Positions 15,889-27,459 of a DNA stretch of 58,675 nucleotides are shown here, one piece after another. The DNA comes from Macrostomum lignano. Lineage: Eukaryota. The translations under genes and the position numbers were made by a program. Below the pieces are notes generated by a model, which saw nothing but the letters and a program-made list of their open reading frames with translations, searched no databases and was not told the DNA's origin. Positions within the stretch are counted from its first letter, which is position 1. Each line of letters opens with the position of its first letter. The DNA is taken from contig NIVC01004130.1 of assembly GCA_002269645.1 (NCBI GenBank), forward strand, positions 1 through 58,675, read 5' to 3'.

Positions 15889-18800
15889 TCACACGGCTCT
15901 GCTACGCTGGGGTGCCACTTGGTTTTTGTTGCTGGATTCCGAACTGTAGATCACCAGGGAGCCGACGACCAGGAGGAGCTGAAAATTGTATTTTTCAGGG
16001 ATTTTTTGAAGTTTACAACTTATCACAAGGTATTTGTAATCGCTGACCCAATGATTCCCTGATCATATGACCCACTGACGCTATGAACCACTGACCCTAT
16101 GAACCACTGACCCACTGACCCCATGAACCACTGACCAACTGACCCTATGAACCACTGACCCACTGACCCTATGAACCACTGACCCACTGACCCTATGAAC
16201 CACTGACCCACTGACCCTATGAACCACTGACCCTATGAACCACTGACCCTATGAACCACTGATCCCATGAACCACTGACCCACTGACCCTATGAACCACT
16301 GACCCACTGACCCCATGAACCACTGACCAACTGACCCTATGAACCACTGACCCACTGACCCTATGAACCACTGACCCACTGACCCTATGAACCACTGACC
16401 CACTGACCCTATGAACCACTGACCCTATGAACCACTGACCCTATGAACCACTGACCCTATGAACCACTGACCCTATGAACCACTGATCCCATGAACCACT
16501 GACCCACTGACCCTATGAACCACTGACCCTATGACCCACTGATCCCATGAACCACTGACCCACTGACCCTATGAACCACTGACCCTATGACCCACTGATA
16601 ATATGACCCACTAACCCAATGACCTACTGACCTGACCCTATGACTCACTGATCATATAAACCACTGACCCTATGAACCACTGACCCTATGAACCACTGAC
16701 CCCATGAACCACTGACCCACTGACCCTATGAACCACTGACCCTATGACCCACTGATAATATGACCCACTAACCCAATGACCTACTGACCTGACCCTATGA
16801 CTCACTGATCATATAAACCACTGACCCTATGAACCACTGACCCTATGAACCACTGACCCCATGAACCACTGACCCACTGACCCTATGAACCACTGACTTT
16901 ATGACCCACCGATCCAATGACGCAATGACGTGACTTATAAAATTTATCCCAATGAACCATTAGCATTCCATAAAACTACACTGGCTAACCTGCAGCACCA
17001 GAAGGCCAGCCAACGCGGGAAACAAGTAATTAAGGAAATATTTGTCAATATAGCCAGTAAAAAAGATGTCATAGCAACCAATTTGGTAGTTGCTATCCGT
17101 GTTGTTGTAGGGACAGTACAGGTTTAGCGGTTCCATTCGAGCTAAGTCGAATTTACAGCAGGTCACCGGGTAAGTTAAGTCTGCAATTTTTATAATTTTG
17201 TTCATTCGTATTAAGCGTATTTGCCTACTGTTTCAGTTTAGTAGCAACATAGAAATATTTAGATAAATTTGCGCTGAAAAGTTAGAGCAAGAACTTACTG
17301 AAAGTGAAATTTCTGCCGCCCTGACTGATGAAGTGCTGCCTGTCCCAGTCCTGGCTGAGGTTCTCAAAGTCTGTGCCATTGTTCACTCCGCAGCAGCCAA
17401 CAAGTATCTGCAGCATATTCTGCAGAAGGCTCTCTAAGTTTGTGCTCCGGAATCCTTTGTACTTAGCGACACTTTGCTCCATGGCCGATTTGGCTGAAGC
17501 TTTTAGCTGCGGATTTTGGGAATTGTGGGATGTAGGTCAGTAATGCACTGATGGTGAGTCACTTTGATGAGTCACCGATGCACTAATAATAATCATGAGT
17601 CACTGTGATGAGTCACCGATGCACTAATAATGGTGTGTCACTATGATGAGTCACCGATGCACTAATGATAATTGTGTCATTGTGATGAGTCACCGATGCA
17701 CTAATAATATTTGTGTCATTGTGATGAGTCACCGATGCACTAATGATAATTGTGTCATTGTGATGAGTCACCGATGCACTAATAATAATTGTCATTGTGA
17801 TGAGTCACCTACACCTAGTTTAGTTAATGAACCCGGATTCACCGCCCTAGCTCATATTGATATGCTAATCAAGACGTCAATATTTAAGGTATCCTTGTAG
17901 CAGCCTGATTTTACCTGGCGTCAGTATTTTTACAGCGTACCTCGTTTCATACGAGCCTGTAACCTATTCAACATTGGCAATGTTGATAAGATAAACAGTC
18001 TCCGCTTTCAATGTCCTGCTGTCTTGCTTTTTTCTTGCTTTTTTCTTTATCGAAAGGCTGAATGCCGATAAAAAAGTCTTGTGTGTGATTGTCACTGTCT
18101 GCATTTAAACAGTTATGGTTAATGGAGGATAGAGACTCGACTCACAATTTCAGAGTTGGCGTACCAGATAATGACAACGATTAGCTGGCCAAGGAATACT
18201 AGCCCGACGATTATGGCGTACTGAAGTTAGAAATGTGACAGTATTTGCTTAGATTGCTTGACTCGGGACTCGGGACATGGGACTCGGGACATTGGACTCG
18301 GGACATGGGACTCGGGACATGGGACTCGGGACATGGGACTCGGGACATGGGACTCGGGACATGGGACTCGGGACATGGGACTCGGGACATGGGACTCGGG
18401 ACATGGGACTCGGGACATGGGACTCGGGACATGGGACTCGGGACATGGGACTCGGGACATGGGACTCGGGACATGGGACTCGGGACATGGGACTCGGGAC
18501 ATGGGACTCGGGACATGGGACTCGGGACATGGGACTCGGGACATGGGACTCGGGACATGGGACTCGGGACATGGGACTCGGGACATGGGACTCGGGACAT
18601 GGGACTCGGGACATGGGACTCGGGACATGGGACTCGGGACATGGGACTCGGGACATGGGACTCGGGACATGGGACTCGGGACATGGGACTCGGGACATGG
18701 GACTCGGGACATGGGACTCGGGACATTGGACTCGGGACATGGGACTCGGGACATGGGACTCGGGACATGGGACATGGGACTCGGGACATGGGACTCGGGA

Positions 18801-20420
18801 CATGGGACTCGGGACATGGGACTCGGGACATGGGACTCGGGACATGGGACTCGGGACATGGGACTCGGGACATGGGACTCGGGACATGGGACTCGGGACA
18901 TGGGACTCGGGACATGGGACTCGGGACATGGGACTCGGGACATGGGACTCGGGACATGGGACTCGGGACATGGGACTCGGGACATGGGACTCGGGACATG
19001 GGACTCGGGACATGGGACTCGGGACATGGGACTCGGGACATGGGACTCGGGACATGGGACTCGGGACATGGGACTCGGGACATGGGACTCGGGACATGGG
19101 ACTCGGGACATGGGACTCGGGAGTTTCTAAAAAGTCAGCTCTCACAATGAGGAGGCACTGCCGAATTTTGCAGCAGCCCCCGATACAGCCGAGACAGGCC
19201 ACTGCGAGAATGACCACCCCAGCCACAATGAAGGCGGCGCCAACGGATCCGGTCAGCTGACCGATGCTGCTCAGCAACTGCTGAATCTCAATTTCTTGAC
19301 CTGTCTGAGACTTCAGCAAATCCGAAATCGTCTTGAGCCAGTCCTGCACAGAGTCATTCGAGCTTAGCCAGTTCAGGCCAACGGTGAACACGAGACCCAG
19401 CGCGAACAGCAGCAGGCCTACGAGCTGTGAGAGTTCGAGTTGAATTAAAGTAGATTGAATTTGGCTGAGCCAGCATAGCAACCAGAGCTCTAACAGCATA
19501 GCGACCAGCGTCACAAACAGCATAGCAACCAGAGCTCCAACAGCATAGCAACCAGCCCTACAAACAGCATAGCAACCAGCCCTACAAACAGCATAGCAAC
19601 CAGCCCTACAAAACGGCATAGCAACCAGCCCTAAAAACAGCATAGCAACCAGAGCTCCAACAGCATAGCAACCAGCCCTACAAACAGCATAGCAACCAGC
19701 CCTACAAAACGGCATAGCAACCAGCCCTACAAACAGCATAGCAACCAGCCCTAAAAACAGCATAGAAACTAGCCCTACAGACAGCATAGCAACCAGCCCT
19801 AAAAACAGCATAGCAACCAGCCCTACAAAACAGCATACATGTAGCAACCAGCCCTACAAAACAGCATACATGTAGCAACCAGCCCTACAAACAGCATAGC
19901 AACCAGCCCTACAAACAGCATAGCAACCAGCCCTACAAACAGCATAGCAACCAGCCCTACAGACAGCATAGCAACCAGCCCTACAGACAGCATAGCAACC
20001 AGCCCTAAAAACAGCATACATGTAGCAACCAGCCCTACAAACAGCATAGCAACCAGCCCTACAGACAGCATAGCAACCAGCCCTACAGACAGCATAGCAA
20101 CCAGCCCTAAAAACAGCATAGAAACTAGCCCTACAGACAGCATAGCAACCAGCCCTAAAAACAGCATAGCAACCAGCCCTACAAAACAGCATACATGTAG
20201 CAACCAGCCCTACAAACAGCATAGCAACCAGCCCTACAAACAGCATAGCAACCAGCCCTACAAACAGCATAGCAACCAGCCCTACAAACAGCATAGCAAC
20301 CAGTGCCGCAGGAAATAAAAACAGCACAAAAACTTCCCAGCTCACAATGGCAAAGTTGTTGACGGTCACCAGCAGGCAGGCGCAGAGGCAGCTGCAGCAT
20401 TTCAGCCCAAAGTTCGACAT
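15889..20420 (-). CDS. Tetraspanin A, 305 aa; exons 20346-20420, 19146-19424, 18146-18220, 17299-17506, 16990-17180, 15889-15978
   Basis: Four hydrophobic TMs; EC2 with CCG, PVTCC, C and GC (6 Cys). All GT-AG junctions join in frame (phases 0,0,0,1,0). AATAAA on the minus strand at 15781-15786. Confidence 0.92.
16045..16925. repeat. 16/24-bp minisatellite in tetraspanin A intron 5
   Basis: Unit ccactgaccctatgaa with or without an extra ccactgac. Confidence 0.95.
17545..17810. repeat. ~39-bp minisatellite in tetraspanin A intron 3
   Basis: Unit tgtgatgagtcaccgatgcactaataataattgtgtcat. Confidence 0.9.
18259..19121. repeat. Homogeneous 14-bp minisatellite in tetraspanin A intron 2
   Basis: (gggactcgggacat)n, ~60 copies. 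Confidence 0.97.
19470..20305. repeat. ~24-bp minisatellite in tetraspanin A intron 1
   Basis: Unit cagcatagcaaccagccctacaaa. Confidence 0.95.
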
Positions 20421-20687
20421 TTTGTTGAAGAAAAACAATGAAAATTCCAAATAGGACTCAAATAGCTACAATATTGACTGTCACGAGTTAAAAGTTAAAT
20501 AAGTGCTCAGTCACTGCTGTACTCCGGTCACTATTGGCTGTGAAATTTTAGCGGACCAAAATTTTAACCAACTATAGATAGCGATATGTGGCTAGTGCTA
20601 TGCTATCTAGGTAATGCTTGTAAAAATAGACTTTGCACTCATAATCTGCTTGAGTTTTCTAAGGCTCTCCGTCACCCTGTTCTCTTT

Positions 20688-21995
20688 CCCCATGTATACC
20701 CTTTCCTGTTCCCTTTCTCCTATTCTCTTTTCCCTGTTCTCTTTTCCCTGTTCTCTTTTCCCTGTTCTCTTTCTCCTATTCTCTTTTCCCTGTTCTCTTT
20801 CTCCTGTTCTCTTTTCCCTGTTCTCTTTTCCCTGTTCTCTTTTCCCTGTTCTCTTTTCCCTGTTCTCTTTCTCCTGTTCTCTTTTCCCTGTTCTCTTTTC
20901 CCTGTTCTCTTTCTCCTATTCTCTTTTCCCTGTTCTCTTTTCCCTGTTCTCTTTTCCCTGTTCTCTTTTCCCTGTTCTCTTTCTCCTGTTCTCTTTTCCC
21001 TGTTCTCTTTTCCCTGTTCTCTTTTCCCTGTTCTCTTTTCCCTGTTCTCTTTTCCCTGTTCTCTTTTCCCTGTTCTCTTTCTCCTATTCTCTTTCCCCTG
21101 TTCTCTTTCCCCTGTTCTCTTTCCCCTGTTCTCTTTCTCCTATTCTCTTTTCCCTGTTCTCTTTCCCCTGTTCTCTTTCCCCTGTTCTCTTTCCCCTGTT
21201 CTCTTTCCCCTGTTCTCTTTCCCCTGTTCTCTTTTACCTGTTCTCTTTTACCTGTTCTCTTTTCCCTGTTCTCTTTTCCCTGTTCTCTTTTACCTGTTCT
21301 CTTTTCCCTATTCTCTTTTCCCTGTTCTCTTTCCCCTGTTCTCTTTCCCCTGTTCTCTTTCCCCTGTTCTCTTTTCCCTGTTATCTTTTACCTGTTCTCT
21401 TTTACCTGTTCTCTTTTACCTGTTCTCTTTTCCCTGTTCTCTTTTCCCTGTTCTCTTTTCCCTGTTCTCTTTTCCCTGTTCTCTTTTCCCTGTTCTCTTT
21501 TCCCTGTTCTCTTTTCCCTGTTCTCTTTCTCCTATTCTCTTTCCCCTGTTCTCTTTCCCCTGTTCTCTTTCCCCTGTTCTCTTTCTCCTATTCTCTTTTC
21601 CCTGTTCTCTTTCCCCTGTTCTCTTTCCCCTGTTCTCTTTCCCCTGTTCTCTTTCCCCTGTTCTCTTTCCCCTGTTCTCTTTTACCTGTTCTCTTTTACC
21701 TGTTCTCTTTTCCCTGTTCTCTTTTCCCTGTTCTCTTTTACCTGTTCTCTTTTCCCTATTCTCTTTTCCCTGTTCTCTTTCCCCTGTTCTCTTTCCCCTG
21801 TTCTCTTTTCCCTGTTCTCTTTTCCCTGTTCTCTTTTCCCTGTTCTCTTTTCCCTGTTCTCTTTCTCCTGTTCTCTTTTCCCTGTTCTCTTTTCCCTGTT
21901 CTCTTTTCCCTGTTCTCTTTTCCCTGTTCTCTTTCCCCTGTTCTCTTCCCACTGATCTCTTTCCCCTGTTCTCTTTCCCCTGTTCTCTTTCCTTA
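20688..21995. repeat. 14-bp polypyrimidine/polypurine minisatellite between the divergent tetraspanins
   Basis: (ctgttctcttttcc)n, ~1.3 kb, overwhelmingly pyrimidine on the + strand. Confidence 0.97.
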
Positions 21996-22203
21996 TTTTT
22001 TCCTCAAATATTGAACATAGTACTTGAAGTAGTAGTCAAACTATCTCAGCTACGTTAGCATCTTACTTTAGCCTCTCCACTTTGCTTTCAGTTTTAGTTG
22101 TTGACCTAATCTCTATGCTCTTGAAACTTGACACTTCCTCTGCTGCAGTTCTTGCGTCAGTCATTCATCTCCGAGCGCACTGCCTCTCAGCAGCTATCGT
22201 GTC

Positions 22204-22230
22204 TGTTTACCAATTGGTTGTCATGGAGAC
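22204..22230 (+). promoter_or_regulatory. Adjacent forkhead (TGTTTAC, 22204-22210) and RFX X-box (GTTGTCATGGAGAC, 22217-22230) motifs
   Basis: Matches RYYNYY-AT-RRNRAC, ~125 bp upstream of the tetraspanin B ATG. Motif match only. Confidence 0.5.
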
Positions 22231-22353
22231 GAAAGTCGCGCTAGACCGACACTTCGGCGTTGTAGAGTTTATAAAAATGTTAAACAACATAAGTTGGCAA
22301 GTCGCAAAAACCAGTCTGATTAACATTGCCGTCGAATCTTGACTTTTCTAGCT

Positions 22354-25300
22354 ATGGCTCGCTCATCGAGAGTGGACCTGAACTGGGCGTTTTGCTGTCT
22401 CTGCAGCTCCTTTCTGGCTGTGGCCAACTGCCTCTTTCTGGTAAACAATATTTTTGTTGATTGCTGATTTACACGTGTCAACTCCACCACTTAGCAAACC
22501 TATCAAGTGGTATGCACCAGTAAACAGACAAGATTCCAGCTATAAACTGCATCAATAAACACACAAGATTCCAGCCATAAACTGCATCAATAAAAACGCA
22601 AGATTCCAGCTATAAACTGCATCAATAAACACACAGGATCCCAGCTATAAACTGCATCAATAAACACACAAGATTCCAGCTACAGTATAAACTGCATCAA
22701 TAAACACACAGGATCCCAGCTATAAACTGCATCAATAAACACACAGGATCCCAGCTATAAACTGCATCAATAAACACACAAGATCCCAGCTATAAACTGC
22801 ATCAATAAACACACAAGATCCCAGCCATAAACTGCATCAATAAACACACAAGATTCCAGCTATAAACTGCATCAATAAACACACAAGATCCCAGCCATAA
22901 ACTGCATCAATAAACACACAAGATTCCAGCTACAGTATAAACTGCATCAATAAACACACAAGATTCCAGCTACAGTATAAACTGCATCAATAAACACACA
23001 GGATCCCAGCTATAAACTGCATCAATAAACACACAGGATCCCAGCTATAAACTGCATCAATAAACACACAAGATTCCAGCTACAGTATAAACTGCATCAA
23101 TAAACACACAAGATCCCAGCCATAAACTGCATCAATAAACACACAAGATTCCAGCTATAAACTGCATCAATAAACACACAAGATCCCAGCCATAAACTGC
23201 ATCAATAAACACACAAGATCCCAGCTATAAACTGCATCAATAAACACACAAGATCCCAGCCATAAACTGCATCAATAAACACACAAGATCCCAGCTATAA
23301 ACTGCATCAATAAACACACAAGATTCCAGCTATAAACTGCATCAATAAACACACAAGATTCCAGCTATAAACTGCATCAATAAACACACAAGATCCCAGC
23401 TATAAACTGCATCAATAAAAACACAAGATCCCAGCCATAAACTGCATCAATAAACACACAAGATTCCAGCTATAAACTGCATCAATAAAAACACAAGATC
23501 CCAGCTATAAACTGCGATAATAAACACACAAGATCCCAGCCATACACTGCATCAATAAACACCAAGATTCCAGCTATAAACTGCCTCAATAAACACACAA
23601 GATTCCAGCTATAAACTGCCTCAATAAACACACAAGATTCCAGCTATAAACTGCATCAATAAAAACACAAGATCCCAGCCATAAACTGCATCAATAAACA
23701 CACAAGATTCCAGCTATAAACTGCATCAATAAAAACACAAGATCCCAGCTATAAACTGCGATAATAAACACACAAGATCCCAGCCATACACTGCATCAAT
23801 AAACACACAAGATTCCAGCTATAAACTGCATCAATAAACACACAAGATCCCAGCCATAAACTGCATCAATAAACACACAAGATCCCAGCTATAAGCTGCA
23901 TCAATAAACACACAAGATTCCAGCTATAAACTGCAATAATAAACACACAAGATCCCAGCGATAAACTGCATCAATAAACATATAAACTGCCTTAATAAAC
24001 AAAGCACAAGGGACCCCAACCGAAAGCTGCATTCCCCACAAACCGCGCCGCTCCCAGATCTTCGGCACCGCTTGCATCGTGCTGAGTGCGGTCTGGCAGC
24101 AGTTGCTGCAATCGTCCAACAACAATTCGTCATTATCACCATCCGCTGAACGTCGACAGCTTGTTGATTGCCTTCAAGCCGTGGCAACCGCAGCCGGCAT
24201 CAAGGATGTGTCGCTGGCAGCTCAGAATGCCCTGAGCTCCATTGGACCAATCGATACCGCTCTGCTGATCCTTGGCGTCAGTTTCACTTTGCTGGCTATC
24301 TTGGGCAGCTGCAGTTTGTGCTGCAGATCGAGAGGCGGCCTGGCTGCTGTAAGGCTGTTTAATTGACTTTTTATTGTGTGCTGATTTCTCTTTAAATATA
24401 ATTGAGTAGTACCCAGGGACATATAAATGGTATAGACTCTAATGGTTTCTGAGTACATTGGTTAGAGTTAGAGTACACCTGAGCTATGACTCATATTAGC
24501 GTCGATCTATACTTTACTGAATGATTAGGCCTGGATTGAAGTCATTGGAAGGAAGACATTCAAGTCCATAATATTTTTACCATTTTTAATCAAATTTAAA
24601 AAACAAAACTCACTAATTATAATTACAGTAAACAAAAAATATTTTCAAATTCACGACATCTATTTTCAGTACCTGGTCATCCTGTCAATGATATTCTTTG
24701 CTCAGCTGCTCATCCTAATTCTGCTCTATGGCAGTCCGGAGACTGTAAGTTGAGTTGTTTGTTTAAAAATCCGACTCAGTTTGATGGTTGCAACTGGTTG
24801 CTGTGAAAGATTCAATTTAGACTACTGAGAAAAGTAGGCTCATAAAGATTTGAATCGTAAAATCTCTCAAAGGTCCGAAAAATTCGCTATAAAAGAAACG
24901 GCAGCGTAAAAACACGCACTGAGAGTGCGCACAACAGTCCCCCGTGACTCGCTTAATCCTGTTAAACTATGCCCACAGTTCGACTCGCTAGTGAGGCAGC
25001 TGATGCAGCGCTGCGTTAGGCGTTACAGCGGCATCAGCTCAGCCAACGGTGCCAGCCTCCTGTTAAACGCTATGCAGATCTACGCCGGCTGTTGCGGCAC
25101 TGACAATGGGACCGATTTTCAAAACGCGAACTGGAATCGGAGCTACTCGATGACCCTGTTTAGACAGACGTTTACGCACAGTAAGTGCTTGCAGAAAATG
25201 CGTACAGAGACCGCACATTATAGCACTTTGGTTGCAATTGCATGCTTCATCCTTTTCTTGTTCAATAATTAAGACAATAACGTATATTTACCATTCCATC

Positions 25301-25884
25301 ATAAAATAATTTGTCTTCTCAGACCTAACCTACCCTGTGAGCTGTTGTCAGTACGACCTGGCTACACTAGAGCTTCGAGACAGCTTCTGCCCCGTTAACA
25401 ATCGGCACTTCAGCAACCACGCAGTTGGCTGCTATAAGAAAATAATCCAGTTTGTACACGAGTACTTTGAGCGGTACTACATTCTGCAATCGCTGGCCGC
25501 TATTGTTGGCATTCAGGTCAGGAGATCGCGTTTGCGCGCCAATTAGCGTAATTATGTGATAACCAACTTTTACATGTACTCCTGAGAACCAGCAGCCTAT
25601 AGCTACGAGCGTGTGTGTCATGCATGTCGATCGAATTCCTTTGCAGCCTCTCATTCAATCCTCAAGCTGCCACCGCTACATGTACAGGACTAACTATACT
25701 ACTCCCCCGTTCACTACTAGCACCAACCACCTCTCAGTCCAGTAACGTTCAAATTGTTCCAGCGAGATTCTACTGAATTTTACTATACAGCTCCTTTCGC
25801 TTTCAGGCGTTGCTGATTGCTGGAATTCTCGTCATTTTTCGCGATATTACCGAGAAAAAAAATAAGGTGCAGCCAGCTGTTTAA
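22354..25884 (+). CDS. Tetraspanin B, 308 aa; exons 22354-22440, 24058-24348, 24670-24744, 24979-25180, 25323-25516, 25807-25884
   Basis: Four TMs; EC2 with CCG, PVSCC, C and GC. GT-AG junctions in frame with the same phases as tetraspanin A. Confidence 0.92.
22530..23990. repeat. 35-bp minisatellite in tetraspanin B intron 1
   Basis: Unit ccagctataaactgcatcaataaacacacaagatc, ~40 copies. Confidence 0.96.
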
Positions 25885-25980
25885 CACGAGACAAAAAAGG
25901 TCGCATGCTATAACCTTGAAGTATAGTAACGTACATTATCATTGCTCTCATGCCTATTTGCTAAAAAGTGTTTGTTCATA

Positions 25981-26318
25981 CCCGTACAACAATCCGACGT
26001 ATCTGACCGACGTCGTACGACGTCTATGTAACATTACGTGTTTCCTATTGGTCGGACGTCGGGCTGACGTCGAAGTCGTAGTCGAAAAATTAAATTCGCC
26101 TTAATTCACGTTATTCGCCTTAAATAATTAAAATAAGCATAACAGTATTGCTTGCCAGTTCATCCCGCGAAAATAAATGTTAAAGCAGCGCGAAATAAAT
26201 TTTTGGACTGCGACTTCGACGTCGGCCCGACGTCCGACCAATAGGAAGCACGTAATGTTGCATGGACGTCGTACGACGTCGGTTCAGAGGTCGGTGCGAC
26301 GTCGGATTGTTGTACGGG
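25981..26318. mobile_element. CpG-rich MITE with CCCG termini (CACTA/EnSpm-like, tentative)
   Basis: ~120-bp imperfect TIRs starting CCCGTACAACAATCCGACGT; 3-bp TSD ATA. Confidence 0.85.
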
Positions 26319-26500
26319 ATAGCTAGAATACTTTTATTCAAAGGCAGTACGCGCATGCCCATCTCGTCGATTTGGCTCCTTTAACTTGTTTACTTTATAA
26401 CGAAAAAAAGCCTAACCATTTAGTGTGACAAATAAAAGACCAGAAAATGAAACGTTGCAAATTATTGGGTCTCTTTTAGTGATAGTCAAGGACGACTTAA

Positions 26501-27078
26501 GTAGAAGGACGGGAAAATTCGTTTCTTGGAAAATTTTTGAAGGCAGGTTTTTCCGAAATGAACACTATACGGAGATAGGAAGTTTTCTCTTTTTTAATAG
26601 TTATTGCTTTCGAAAGGAGGCAGAACCAATGTCTTGTGCCTAAAAACGATTAAAATTGCACAGCTCGGCTCTTTGATTTTATGATTCTATTTTATCATTC
26701 TTAGCTGACTGTGTTACAAAAATGTGTAACAGAGATGATAAAAAAGATTCATAAAAACATGGATTGGAGCTGTGCCATGCATTTTTATGATTTTTAGGTA
26801 CGTAGAATATGCGTAGAAATATACGTAGAAATATACATAGAATAAAAAAATAACATAGAATCCTAATTTTTGAACGAGAAGCTTTATGAATATCGATAGT
26901 CCTAGAGCTATAAGAAAGGCACAACTTATCAAAAGATGAACACTGGATCTGTCTCCTATATCATGGGCAATAACAATTTTTGTGCAGAAAAAATGAAAAC
27001 TTCCTATCTCCGTAGTGTATTTTTTCGGAAAAACCTGCCTTCAAAAATTTTCCAAGAAACGAGGTTTCCCGTCCTTAC
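26501..27078. mobile_element. Non-autonomous TIR element with TTAA target duplication (Kolobok/piggyBac-type, tentative)
   Basis: ~100-bp TIRs (..AGGACGGGAAA..CGTTTCTTGGAAAATTTTTGAAGGCAGG); TTAA at 26497-26500 and 27079-27082. Confidence 0.8.
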
Positions 27079-27459
27079 TTAAATCGCCGTTGTTGATAGT
27101 TTTATCTCTGAAATTGCACCCTTTGATTTTATTCCGTAAAATAATAATGAACTTTTAAGTAAAGTATAAAAAAGCAACTAAATGTAGCTAACATCCTGGA
27201 TTTATCAGTTTTTATTTTGTGTTTTACGTACTTTTTTACATATAAAAAATAATCATTTTATCAGATAAATTCTGCAGTTTTACTTAATTTTGGTTGTGTA
27301 AATATAAATTCTTTAAAACCGACAACTTTGGGTCGATTTCAGAACGACGACGACGATCTATAATTAGTTAAGCCCACTTGCTTTCTTTCTTTTTCAGCCT
27401 TTAGATTTTTGCAGTAGAAAAACCAATGTTTAAAACCGTTTCTATCAACAAGCAAGAAA

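Noticed and set aside
18211-19260. 290-530 aa ORFs (MSRVPCPESHVPSP / GTWDSGHGTRDMGL repeats)
   Set aside because: Stop-free translations of a 14-bp intronic minisatellite in several frames; only the embedded tetraspanin exon is real.
20586-22058. 466-490 aa hydrophobic ORFs (FSLFSFPCSL)
   Set aside because: Translation of the polypyrimidine array, not a membrane protein.
14670-23990. CRISPR-like arrays
   Set aside because: Head-to-tail repeats with no unique spacers, no cas genes, eukaryotic context.
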